Shown: positions 18,368-25,639 of the stretch, in pieces
Position numbering within the stretch: the first letter of the stretch is position 1
Layout of the letters: the number at the start of each line of letters is the position of its first letter
DNA from: a virus
Taxonomy: Duplodnaviria; Caudoviricetes
Virus record (IMG/VR): IMGVR_UViG_3300038379_000388
Span: 1-40,219 of that record
Direction: 5' to 3' (one strand)
DNA: 40,219 nucleotides
The notes under the pieces: generated by a model
Told to the model about the DNA's origin: nothing
Seen by the model: the letters and a program-made list of their open reading frames with translations, nothing else
Databases searched by the model: none
Made by a program: the position numbers and the translations under genes

Positions 18368-19651
18368 TCAGCCCGCCATGAAGGAGGCGTCGGCGTGGTG
18401 GCGGCGCACCGGGCGCTTCCTAGGAAGGGTCTCGCGCAACGCGATGGCGAGGTAACCGAAGGCGTCCGCGCCATGCGAAGTCCAGTCGTGGAGCGGCCGA
18501 CCTCGGAGCTCGCCAGAGCGCGGATCCTCGGCGCGCCGATAGTGACGCAGCGCCTCGCGACCCTGGTTCGTGCGCATGTCGTCGAAGTACGTGCGCGGGA
18601 GAATGTTTCGCACCGCCTCGATCCGGTCCTCGACTGAGAGCGCCGGGGCCACGTCGAAGCGGATGCCGAGCTTCTCGGCCGTCTCGAGGCGAGACTTCCC
18701 ACTACCGAGCTCGCGGACCATGATGTCCGGCGGCGCGATGTGGCGCTTGTAGACGTAGCCGCGCTTGGCGAGCTCCTGCGCGTAGTGGCCGAGCCCTTCG
18801 CCCTCAGCCTCGTAGTAGTCGATCGCCCGGATCTCCGAGCCGAGCTGCTGCACGAACCATATCGCCGTCGCGTCGCCAACGCCGAGGTCCCAGGCCGTGG
18901 TAACCCCGAGCGCCGGGTCGTACGGGAGGCGCAGGATGCGGCCCTCGCGCTCGGCGTCCTCGATCCGCGTGGCGTAGTACGCGCCGCGCATGGAGGCGGT
19001 CCACGAGTCGCCGTACTCGCGCGCGAACTGCTCGGGGCTCATGTCGCGATGGAGGAGGCGCAGCTCCTCGCTGTTGATCACACCCGTGTCGGCGGCCGTC
19101 AAGAAGATCCGCGTCCACGGCGGCTCGGTCGCCTTCTGGTAGAGCTCGTAGAAGTAGTTGAGCCCGTTCTTCGTGCCGATGAAGAGCGCCCAGCCGTCGC
19201 GGTCGGAGAGCGATGGGCGGATCACCTCCGGCCAAGCCGAGGCCGGCATCTGCGAAACCTCGTCGAGCACCGCGCCGTCGAGGTAGATGCCGCGCAGCGA
19301 GTCGGGGTTGTCGGCGCCGAAGAGCGTGATGCGCGCGCCGTTCGGGTAGTCGCAGCGAAGCTCCGAGTCGTTGAACATGACGCCCGGGATGGGTCGCGCG
19401 AACTTCTTGAGCAGATCCCAGACGACGAGCTTCGCTTGCCGGTAGGTCGGTGCGATGTACGCAAAGCGCGGCATCTCTCGCTTACACGTGATTGCGCCGC
19501 GCTGGAGCTCGTTCAATCCGGCCCACGTCTTCCCCATGCGGCGATGGCAGACGGCTACGACGAAGCGGTGGTCGCGGAGCGCGTCGTGGATCTTGCGTTG
19601 GCAGGCACGGGGCGCGTACGGAATCTCGACCACGCGCGCCGCGGCGCTCAC
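18368..19651 (-). CDS. terL: Terminase large subunit
   Basis: Walker A CHRRMGKT, YIAPTYRQAK, GADNPDSLRG, Walker B AVLDE, nuclease motifs AWDLG and HGADAFGY. GTG 19651 overlaps the terS stop (alternative start 19669). Confidence 0.96.
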   Translation of the reverse strand: MSAAARVVEIPYAPRACQRKIHDALRDHRFVVAVCHRRMGKTWAGLNELQRGAITCKREMPRFAYIAPTYRQAKLVVWDLLKKFARPIPGVMFNDSELRCDYPNGARITLFGADNPDSLRGIYLDGAVLDEVSQMPASAWPEVIRPSLSDRDGWALFIGTKNGLNYFYELYQKATEPPWTRIFLTAADTGVINSEELRLLHRDMSPEQFAREYGDSWTASMRGAYYATRIEDAEREGRILRLPYDPALGVTTAWDLGVGDATAIWFVQQLGSEIRAIDYYEAEGEGLGHYAQELAKRGYVYKRHIAPPDIMVRELGSGKSRLETAEKLGIRFDVAPALSVEDRIEAVRNILPRTYFDDMRTNQGREALRHYRRAEDPRSGELRGRPLHDWTSHGADAFGYLAIALRETLPRKRPVRRHHADASFMAG

Positions 19652-19935
19652 TTCTCCGGCTCCTGCCACTTGATCACAATCGGTCCGCCGTCCTCTCCTG
19701 TGACCTCGAGCTTGGCGGGCCAGATGCGTTCGACGGCCAGGCGCCAGAACTTCTCGTCGCCATCGCGTAGCTTGCCCTCGAAGACATGGCGAAGCTCCTC
19801 GGCGGTCTCCGCTTCGTCGAAGAGGCGCCGGATGCGCCCGACGAAGCCTTCCTTCGTGCCCGGTGCGCGGCCCTTCGGATTGCCCGAGACGCCCTTCGGG
19901 AACGGGCGCAGGTTTTCCTTACGACCGCGCGGCAC
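19648..19935 (-). CDS. terS: Terminase small subunit (DUF5681-type)
   Basis: NLRPFPKGVSGNPKGR motif and C-terminal LEVTGEDGGPI, directly upstream of terL. Confidence 0.85.
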   Translation of the reverse strand: MPRGRKENLRPFPKGVSGNPKGRAPGTKEGFVGRIRRLFDEAETAEELRHVFEGKLRDGDEKFWRLAVERIWPAKLEVTGEDGGPIVIKWQEPEK

Positions 19936-20158
19936 GCTTGGCGCCCATCTTCGCGGGCAGAGGAATTCGTTGCTGTTCCACTGCTGGTGTCCGCGGCGGC
20001 TGTGCCACGTGGAACCAGCGCAGGCACTTCGGGCAGCGCAGCGGAGAGTCCTTCGCGTTCACGCCGAAGAACGCGAAGCCGACGGGTCGCTCGTGGCCGC
20101 AGTGCGAGCACGCAACGAGACGGCGCTCGTTTCGACTGGAACCACCCCCGGGGCTCAT
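19919..20158 (-). CDS. Small zinc-ribbon protein (Mu Com-like pattern)
   Basis: CSHC...LRCPKC; 79 aa; immediately upstream of terS. Confidence 0.5.
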   Translation of the reverse strand: MSPGGGSSRNERRLVACSHCGHERPVGFAFFGVNAKDSPLRCPKCLRWFHVAQPPRTPAVEQQRIPLPAKMGAKRAARS

Positions 20159-20167
20159 GGGGAGTGC

Positions 20168-20362
20168 CTACGCCTCCAAGCGATCCCGGCGCAAGCGGAG
20201 AGCTTCGAGGGCCGCGTCGAGCTGCCAGAGGACCCGGCCGCCCTTGGGCCCCGCGCGCCGGCACGGGACCCCGCATCGGGCGAGGCGCGATCGGAGCTTC
20301 TGGAGGTTACGCCGCTCGAAGCGGGCGGCCAGATCGCGGGCGGTGACCCACTCGGAGGTCAT
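20168..20362 (-). CDS. Small winged-HTH-like DNA-binding protein
   Basis: ATG 20362 (ATGA overlap). WVTARDLAARF...VLWQLDAALEAL follows an excisionase/MerR-like pattern; 64 aa. Confidence 0.55.
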   Translation of the reverse strand: MTSEWVTARDLAARFERRNLQKLRSRLARCGVPCRRAGPKGGRVLWQLDAALEALRLRRDRLEA

Positions 20363-20880
20363 TCGAAAACCTCGAGCACGACCCGGCCCTCGCCACGCTG
20401 CGCACGGGCCCAGGTGTACGAGCGCTCTAGCTGGTCTCGCCGGTCGCCCGCGATCACGCCGGGGAAGCCTTGCCTCGGCTGTAGCGCGTCGATCAGCCAC
20501 TTGAACGACCACTGGAGGTTTTCCGGGTCCGGCTCGACCGCGGAATAGCGGGTGCAGACGATGCGCGCGTGGGGAAGCGGCTCGGGCGGCAGGGAGCGCG
20601 CCGCCAGGAGGCGCACGGCGCGCTGCCACTGTCGCTTGAGCCGGATCTCTCGCCAACGGTGGGTGCGATCCCCCGTGTTCGTGGGCGGCAGCCCGGGCAG
20701 CTCGATGGTGAGCCGGTAGCTCAGGAGCCGGCCTTGAGCTGCTGCTTCGCGACGCGCAGGTTCGCGATCGCGACGTTGATCATCTGGACCGAGAGCGAAG
20801 GTTCCTCGCCGGCCTCGATGCCCTCGTCGATCTCGCCGACGGTGAGCGGAAGCGGGCGTGGTCTGCGTTGCTTCGGTCAT
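20359..20880 (-). CDS. RusA-like Holliday junction resolvase; its N-terminal ~52 codons look out of their original frame
   Basis: LTIELPGLPPTN, PDPENLQWSFKWLIDAL, VIAGDR and GRVVLEV. The RusA-like part begins at ~20724. Confidence 0.7.
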   Translation of the reverse strand: MTEATQTTPASAHRRRDRRGHRGRRGTFALGPDDQRRDREPARREAAAQGRLLSYRLTIELPGLPPTNTGDRTHRWREIRLKRQWQRAVRLLAARSLPPEPLPHARIVCTRYSAVEPDPENLQWSFKWLIDALQPRQGFPGVIAGDRRDQLERSYTWARAQRGEGRVVLEVFE

Positions 20881-20923
20881 GTGCGGTTCTCCTCTGGGTG
20901 CGGCTCGTGGCCGCGGTTGCGGG

Positions 20924-21514
20924 TCAGTCGAACGGGTTCGGGGCCGTGGCTTCGCTCGCGGTCACGCTGAGTGCTGCGAGTGCCGAGGCGAACGGTCGCG
21001 GCATGGGTTCGTCGCCGTAGAGCTGCCGCCACTTGGCTTGGGAGGCGCCAAGGGTCGGCGCTGGCCCGCAGTGGGCGCAGGGAGGCGCTGCGCGGCGCAC
21101 GCGCGGGTCGCGATCGCAGGATCGGCACGGCGCGTAGGACTGCGAGAGCGTCGCCTGGTAGTCCGGATCGTTCGGCGTGACCCAGCAACCGCGCACGAAG
21201 TCCCAGAGAGCGCCGCGGGCGTTGAGCGCGCGGATGACGGCGAAGAGCGCGAGCTCGACGGCGCTGTTCTCGCGCGGAACGCCTTGCGCCTGGTCGCGAG
21301 ACCCGCGTTCCGACTGGAGCCGCCGAGAGCGCGCCGCGTCGATCTCCGCGCGCACGACGGCGAGCGTCGGCGTCGAGGTGGTCTGTGCCTTCCGGTAGAC
21401 CGCATCGAGCGCGGCCGTGATGTCGGCGAAGTCGTAGGCCGCGAGGAACCTGTTCCACTTCGCGCGCTCGCGATGGCCGAGGCCGTGGAGGTCGAAGAAC
21501 TCGGCGAGCGTCAC
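20924..21514 (-). CDS. Putative helicase loader/inhibitor (gene after the initiator), with C-terminal CxxC pairs
   Basis: WNRFLAAYDFADITAALDAV...PTLAVVR resembles the G39P/P-like N-terminal pattern. GTGA-coupled to the initiator gene. Confidence 0.5.
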   Translation of the reverse strand: MTLAEFFDLHGLGHRERAKWNRFLAAYDFADITAALDAVYRKAQTTSTPTLAVVRAEIDAARSRRLQSERGSRDQAQGVPRENSAVELALFAVIRALNARGALWDFVRGCWVTPNDPDYQATLSQSYAPCRSCDRDPRVRRAAPPCAHCGPAPTLGASQAKWRQLYGDEPMPRPFASALAALSVTASEATAPNPFD

Positions 21515-22398
21515 GGGCGCCTCCCGGCGGTGTTCTCGATGGCGCGGAGGCGAGCGCGATGGGCGAGCACTTCATCGCCGGCTCTGGCGTTGGCCTTCGA
21601 CTTCGCGAGCGTCGCTTCCTTGCGGATCCAGTTGCGGACCGCGGCCTCCCAGTCCTTGCGGCGCTTGCCGTTGGCGCGGTGCCAGTCGAGGCAAGCGTTC
21701 ACGGCGTGGCGGACGCCCTCGCCGCCTTCGCCGAGTGCTCCGGCTTCGGCTGGGTGCTCGAGGCACCAGAACTCGGCATCGAGGACGAGCGAGTCGAGCT
21801 CCTGGGAACCTTCCGCCGGCGGGTCGGTGAAGCCGCGCGCTCGGCGGCCTCCGGGCTCCGGTTCCGGGTCCAGGGCGGAGCCCTGCGGGGGGGCCGGCGC
21901 GCCAGCGCCGGGGAGCGCCGAAGGCGCATCCCCCTCCACACCTCCCCCTCCCTCTCCAAGACCTTCTCCAAGACCAAGACCAAGACCTACAGAGGCGGGA
22001 GATTCCGGGAGATTCCCGGAGATTCCGGGATCACTCTTGGGGGGTTCGTGTCGGCTCCCGGAAGCCGGAGGAGCCGGGTAGCGACTCTCCTTCGAGCGGT
22101 TTTGCTTCCCGCGGTAAACCTCCCAGTTGACGAGCTGTAGGTAGAGGACGCCGGCGACGCGGTAGAGCTGCACGCAGCCCTCCTCCGCGAGCTCTTGCAC
22201 GTAAGCGGCGACGCGCTCGGGCGTGACCTTCGGCCGGCGAGGGAAGAGCGCGGCTTTGAGCACGAGCGGGTCGGCTTCCATGCGACCGTAGTCGTCAACG
22301 GCAACGATCAGCGCACGGAACGTCAGGTCCGCCTCGAGCGACACGCAAGCGAGCGACCGGCTGGCGTTGATCTCCCCGCGAATGACGCGGCTCGGCAT
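21511..22398 (-). CDS. Phage replication initiator (replisome organiser)
   Basis: N-terminal MPSRVIR...DDYGR...LFP...LYLQLVNW winged-helix pattern, a central low-complexity linker containing iterons, and C-terminal KDWEAAVRNW. Confidence 0.85.
   Translation of the reverse strand: MPSRVIRGEINASRSLACVSLEADLTFRALIVAVDDYGRMEADPLVLKAALFPRRPKVTPERVAAYVQELAEEGCVQLYRVAGVLYLQLVNWEVYRGKQNRSKESRYPAPPASGSRHEPPKSDPGISGNLPESPASVGLGLGLGEGLGEGGGGVEGDAPSALPGAGAPAPPQGSALDPEPEPGGRRARGFTDPPAEGSQELDSLVLDAEFWCLEHPAEAGALGEGGEGVRHAVNACLDWHRANGKRRKDWEAAVRNWIRKEATLAKSKANARAGDEVLAHRARLRAIENTAGRRP
21951..22030. repeat. Candidate replication origin: tandem 10-bp iterons inside the initiator gene
   Basis: CGGGAGATTC-CGGGAGATTC-CCGGAGATTC-CGGGA at 21996..22030, next to a strand-skewed tract with repeated CCAAGA at 21951..21990. 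Confidence 0.7.
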
Positions 22399-22456
22399 CC
22401 TCTCACCCCCTCAGGTGTGCCCCGCAGGAACCGGCCGGGGCCACGCCGGGAGGGAC

Positions 22457-22498
22457 TCAGCAGCCCGGCCGCTTGCCCTTCTTGCCCTTGCGCTTCAT
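22457..22498 (-). CDS. Possible 13-aa basic micropeptide MKRKGKKGKRPGC
   Basis: ATGA overlap with the upstream stop and purine-rich RBS AAAGGGGGTGAG. Confidence 0.35.
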   Translation of the reverse strand: MKRKGKKGKRPGC

Positions 22499-22872
22499 CT
22501 CACCCCCTTTCGTGCCCCGACGACGCGCTCGACCGGCACCGCCACATCACAAAGAGCCGGGTGAAGCAGGATCACGTCGCCCGTGTAGTCGGGCCTGCCC
22601 TCCTCCCACTTGCCGGGCTTGAAGTCACCCGCCTCGGCCTCGCGCTCCTCGCGCACGCGGATGGCGCGGGTAGCGATCTCGACCTCTCGCCACAGGCGCT
22701 TCTGCGCGGCGGCACGGGCCCTAGAACAACGATCGCACCGGCGCCTGGGGCGTCCCTGCCCTCCGGGCACGAATCGGGCCGTGTCTTGGCGATTGATCGG
22801 CGACCCGCATTCGTGGCAGTGGCGCCGGATGCGGCCGAGCGGGAAGAGCGGGAGCTCGAGCTGGTCGCTCAT
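22495..22872 (-). CDS. Zinc-finger hypothetical protein
   Basis: ATG 22872 (ATGA overlap); CHEC...GRPRRRCDRC; 125 aa. Confidence 0.6.
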   Translation of the reverse strand: MSDQLELPLFPLGRIRRHCHECGSPINRQDTARFVPGGQGRPRRRCDRCSRARAAAQKRLWREVEIATRAIRVREEREAEAGDFKPGKWEEGRPDYTGDVILLHPALCDVAVPVERVVGARKGVR

Positions 22873-23051
22873 CGCCTGGCCCACCACGGCGCGCGCGGCG
22901 CCTCGTGGGTCCACGTCACGTGCTCGGCGGGCGGCTTCGTGTTGAAGCGCTCGTGGGGCTCGGCCTCGATGGCTTCGTAGAGGCGGCGCCAGTGCTCCCA
23001 CGGCGCGTCGTGCTCGATCACGTAGGTGCGCTCGGGCACGCTGACGCTCAC
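22869..23051 (-). CDS. Hypothetical protein, 60 aa
   Basis: GTGA overlap with the upstream stop, GAGGAG RBS, and ATGA overlap downstream. Confidence 0.55.
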   Translation of the reverse strand: MSVSVPERTYVIEHDAPWEHWRRLYEAIEAEPHERFNTKPPAEHVTWTHEAPRAPWWARR

Positions 23052-23311
23052 GACTTCTCCTCGTGCGCCCGCACGTAGAGAACGCCAGCACGAACCACCG
23101 CCTCGAAGCCGAAGCCGGCCGGGAGGCCAGTGATCTCCCCGCGGTTGATCTTGCAGGCGGGCGACGAGAGGTACTGGCCCTCTGCGATCCGGCACCACTT
23201 GCCTGGCTTCTTCGTGGCCTGCTCGAGCAGCGGTAGCAACGCGGATCGCCTGCGCCCGCTGTTCACCTTCGGCGGCGCGTCCACGAACATCGCGTGAGGC
23301 AGAACCTTCAC
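23048..23311 (-). CDS. Small basic putative DNA-binding protein, 87 aa
   Basis: GTG 23311 after AAGGAG; KKPGKWCRIA...FEAVVRAGVLYVR. Confidence 0.6.
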   Translation of the reverse strand: MKVLPHAMFVDAPPKVNSGRRRSALLPLLEQATKKPGKWCRIAEGQYLSSPACKINRGEITGLPAGFGFEAVVRAGVLYVRAHEEKS

Positions 23312-23462
23312 CCTTGCTCCTTCTGCTTCTTCAGCCGCTCGCGGAAGTAGCCCGGGTGCGCCTGGCGCCACTTGCGGTTGTACTCGGAGCGGTGCTTGGC
23401 GTAGCAGGGGCCGCACCAGACCGGCGGACGCCCCGTCGTGTAGGGGAGCGCGACGCTGTCAC
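23308..23462 (-). pseudogene. Frameshifted zinc-finger gene remnant
   Basis: The frame ending at TGA 23308 reads LPYTTGRPPVWCGPCYAKHRSEYNRKWRQAHPGYFRERLKKQKEQG but has no in-frame start. The coupled GTG at 23462 is in a different frame. Confidence 0.5.
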
Positions 23463-23800
23463 GCGGGCTCTCCGACGGTGTGCCGCTGCAGCCGGCGCTG
23501 GCGAGCTCCCGCGCGCAGCGGCCTCCGACGGTGGAGAAGCACGGCGCGCAGGATCAGGCCGGTGAACTCCTCCCGGCCGACGTGGCGCGCGATGAGGAGC
23601 AGGGCGAACGCAGGGAGAGGGTGCGCCCGATCCGGCGAGAGCCACTTCGAGACGTTGGACCGCCAGGAGCGCAGGGACCCGCGCCAATCCTGAACCCGGG
23701 CAGCATCCACGACGATGGCGTGGCGCTGCTCCTCGGTCGCTTCGCTCCAGACTCTCCAGGCCGCGAGTCGCAACTCCTCGGCCAACTCCTCGGGGCGCAT
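23459..23800 (-). CDS. CII-like regulatory protein
   Basis: ATG 23800 after GGAGGGAG. VSKWLSPDRAHPLPAFALLLIARHVG resembles the phage CII-family pattern. Downstream of cro. Confidence 0.55.
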   Translation of the reverse strand: MRPEELAEELRLAAWRVWSEATEEQRHAIVVDAARVQDWRGSLRSWRSNVSKWLSPDRAHPLPAFALLLIARHVGREEFTGLILRAVLLHRRRPLRAGARQRRLQRHTVGEPA

Positions 23801-24006
23801 CGCGCTCCCTCCCTGCGTTCCACCCGGCGAAAGAAAGGCGCAGCCAATTCGCGGGCCCCTGCCCCGTCGTGGATGGCTGCGGATGGCTGCGAGTGCGAGG
23901 CACAGAGAGGCCTGTGCCAGCCTCGGGAAGAAGCGGCCCCGGGCTAGGCTCGTGCCGGCTGTCGAGGACCGGCGCGGGCGCAGGCCCGGGGCCGCGGAGG
24001 GGAGCG

Positions 24007-24219
24007 ATGGACGAGCTGATCGGATACGCAGCGGTCGCCCTGGTCGCGACCGCATGGCTTTCGTGGCTGTTCGCGGCGTGGTGCGCGCTGCACTCGTGGT
24101 GGACGCTCTCGCGGGGCGACACGGACCAGTGGGAGGCAACGCTCGCGGCGGCCGCCCTGCCCTTCGCGTTCGCCTTCGCGCTGGAGCGGGCGGTTCGGAT
24201 GGCGGAGCTCGTCAAGTAG
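24007..24219 (+). CDS. Counter-oriented 70-aa two-TM membrane protein (possible superinfection-exclusion or moron gene)
   Basis: Strong RBS GGAGGGGAG before ATG 24007. Hydrophobic segments LIGYAAVALVATAWLSWLFAAWCAL and TLAAAALPFAFAFAL. Confidence 0.6.
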   Translation: MDELIGYAAVALVATAWLSWLFAAWCALHSWWTLSRGDTDQWEATLAAAALPFAFAFALERAVRMAELVK

Positions 24220-24229
24220 CCCGCGGGGG

Positions 24230-24442
24230 TCACGCCGCCTGTCCTCGAAGTAGATCGCCAAGGTCGAATCCAAGGCGACGCAGGCGCCGGCCGTACTGCT
24301 CCATGATCCGCAGGGCGACGTCGCCGGGAACGGGATCGCCGTTGGCGAGCTCTGAGACGCGCGGCTGGGAGAGCCCGATGCTCTCGCCGAACTCGCGCTG
24401 CGTGGTCTCCAGATCCGCGATCAGCGCAGCGACGGGCGTCAT
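24230..24442 (-). CDS. Cro-like HTH protein
   Basis: TQREFGESIGLSQPRVSELANG helix-turn-helix; 70 aa from ATG 24442; divergent from the repressor. Confidence 0.8.
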   Translation of the reverse strand: MTPVAALIADLETTQREFGESIGLSQPRVSELANGDPVPGDVALRIMEQYGRRLRRLGFDLGDLLRGQAA

Positions 24443-24500
24443 TGCCAATGGCAATAGCACGGCGCGCGGCGCCACTGCAAGATCCATCTGCGGGAGCAAT
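24441..24500 (-). promoter_or_regulatory. PR-like promoter with two 15-bp operators
   Basis: ATTGCCAATGGCAAT (24441..24455, perfect 6-3-6 dyad) and ATCTGCGGGAGCAAT (24486..24500). On the minus strand: TTGCAG-N18-TATTGC-N8-ATG. Confidence 0.7.
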
Positions 24501-24538
24501 TGATGCTTGCCCCGCAGGGCGTGACTAGCGTCCCCGGG

Positions 24539-24949
24539 GTGGGGAAGAGGGTCCAGACGGGCGACGCCGACGTAGGGCGTCGGATCAGGGCCGCGCGCGA
24601 GGCTCAGGGGCTCAGTCAGGCCGAACTCGCCTCCAGGGCTGGCCTACGCTCTCAGGGGTACGTCTCCGGGCTCGAGACCGGATCTGTCGCAGCCTCGCGC
24701 AAGACTCTCCGCTCGATCGCACGTGTGGTGGGCGAAAGTGCGGGCTTTCTTCTGGACGGGCCCCAGACCGACATGCCGAACGAGCTAGAAACCCTGATCG
24801 AATCCGCCGTGTTGCGCTTCCCCAAGCGCGTCCTGCGAGCACTGCGCGACCTCCCTCCGGCCGAGCTCCGGGACCTCGCCGACCAGCTTTCTGCCCTAGC
24901 CGCGGCCCTGATCGACCAGCGCCGCGACGACCCCAAGCGCCGCCGCTAG
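24539..24949 (+). CDS. CI-like repressor (XRE/HTH_3 family), without a C-terminal S24 peptidase domain
   Basis: VGRRIRAAREAQGLSQAELASRAGLRSQGYVSGLETG. The start is uncertain (24500, 24503, 24521 or 24539); 24539 lies 7 nt after a -10-like TAGCGT. Confidence 0.85.
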   Translation: MGKRVQTGDADVGRRIRAAREAQGLSQAELASRAGLRSQGYVSGLETGSVAASRKTLRSIARVVGESAGFLLDGPQTDMPNELETLIESAVLRFPKRVLRALRDLPPAELRDLADQLSALAAALIDQRRDDPKRRR

Positions 24950-25011
24950 ATCGCCACCGCAGATAATTCCCCTTGCGCTCCGCTACGCGGGGTTGTATTG
25001 CTATTGGCGAT
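24950..25011 (+). promoter_or_regulatory. PL-like promoter with two 15-bp operators
   Basis: ATCGCCACCGCAGAT (24950..24964) and ATTGCTATTGGCGAT (24997..25011); TTGCGC-N17-TATTGC-N8-ATG. Confidence 0.7.
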
Positions 25012-25363
25012 GAAGGCCGCAGCCACTCAGCCCTGCCCGTCCTGCTCCGGCCGCGGTGGCCGCTTCGTCCCCGACGGCTGGGGCTGCGTCGATTGGGACC
25101 CCTGCGACTGCGTGGCCCATCTGCGCGGTCACGGCGACGACGCCACCGAGGCGCACCGGATCAGCGCAGGAGCGACCTGCGACCTCTGCTTCGAGGCGCG
25201 CACCGGGCACCCGCCCCGCGAGTACGACTACGGCCCTCCGCCTGTCTGCCACGAGTGCGGCGGCGTCGAGGCGTGCGACGAGCGCTGCACCGAGCTCGCC
25301 GACCTCGAACAGCCCGGGGCGAAGTGCGGCGACGCATGCGGCCACTGCGGCCGTTGCAGCTAG
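25010..25363 (+). CDS. Cys-rich (15 Cys in 117 aa) multi-zinc-finger early protein
   Basis: CPSC, CDC, CDLC, CHEC, CDERC and CGDACGHCGRC. First gene after the PL-like promoter. Confidence 0.65.
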   Translation: MKAAATQPCPSCSGRGGRFVPDGWGCVDWDPCDCVAHLRGHGDDATEAHRISAGATCDLCFEARTGHPPREYDYGPPPVCHECGGVEACDERCTELADLEQPGAKCGDACGHCGRCS

Positions 25364-25372
25364 GGGGGAACC

Positions 25373-25639
25373 ATGAGCACCGACCTGACCCTAGACCTAG
25401 ACCGCGAGCAGTACATCACGGACTGCGGCTGGTGCCGCACCAACCCGGTGATCGTGGCGCACCCCGACTCGACCGGGATCTGCGCGTCGTGCTTGGCCAA
25501 GCACTTCCCGGCCGAAGAGCCTCCCGACCCGATGGCGTTCTGGCGCGGCGTCCGCAACACGCTGCTGATCGTCGCGGCGTTCGTGGTGCTCGGGGCTGCC
25601 GTGCGGGTGGGGCTCATGGTGGCGGGGGTGACGCAGTGA
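25373..25639 (+). CDS. Small zinc-finger membrane protein
   Basis: CGWC...CASC plus a C-terminal TM helix LLIVAAFVVLGAAVRVGLMVAGV; RBS AGGGGGG. Confidence 0.65.
   Translation: MSTDLTLDLDREQYITDCGWCRTNPVIVAHPDSTGICASCLAKHFPAEEPPDPMAFWRGVRNTLLIVAAFVVLGAAVRVGLMVAGVTQ

Noticed and set aside
2329-22081. Many long plus-strand ORFs (e.g. 2329..3579, 6703..8172, 10100..12040, 14291..15631, 18740..20548, 20858..22081)
   Set aside because: They are antisense shadows of well-supported minus-strand genes, with Arg/Ala-rich translations lacking motifs, as is typical of high-GC DNA.
23331-24233. 300-aa minus-strand ORF starting at the cro stop
   Set aside because: It is a low-complexity Ser/Ala/Arg translation overlapping the better-supported cII-like gene and the antisense membrane gene. 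A short translated portion cannot be excluded.
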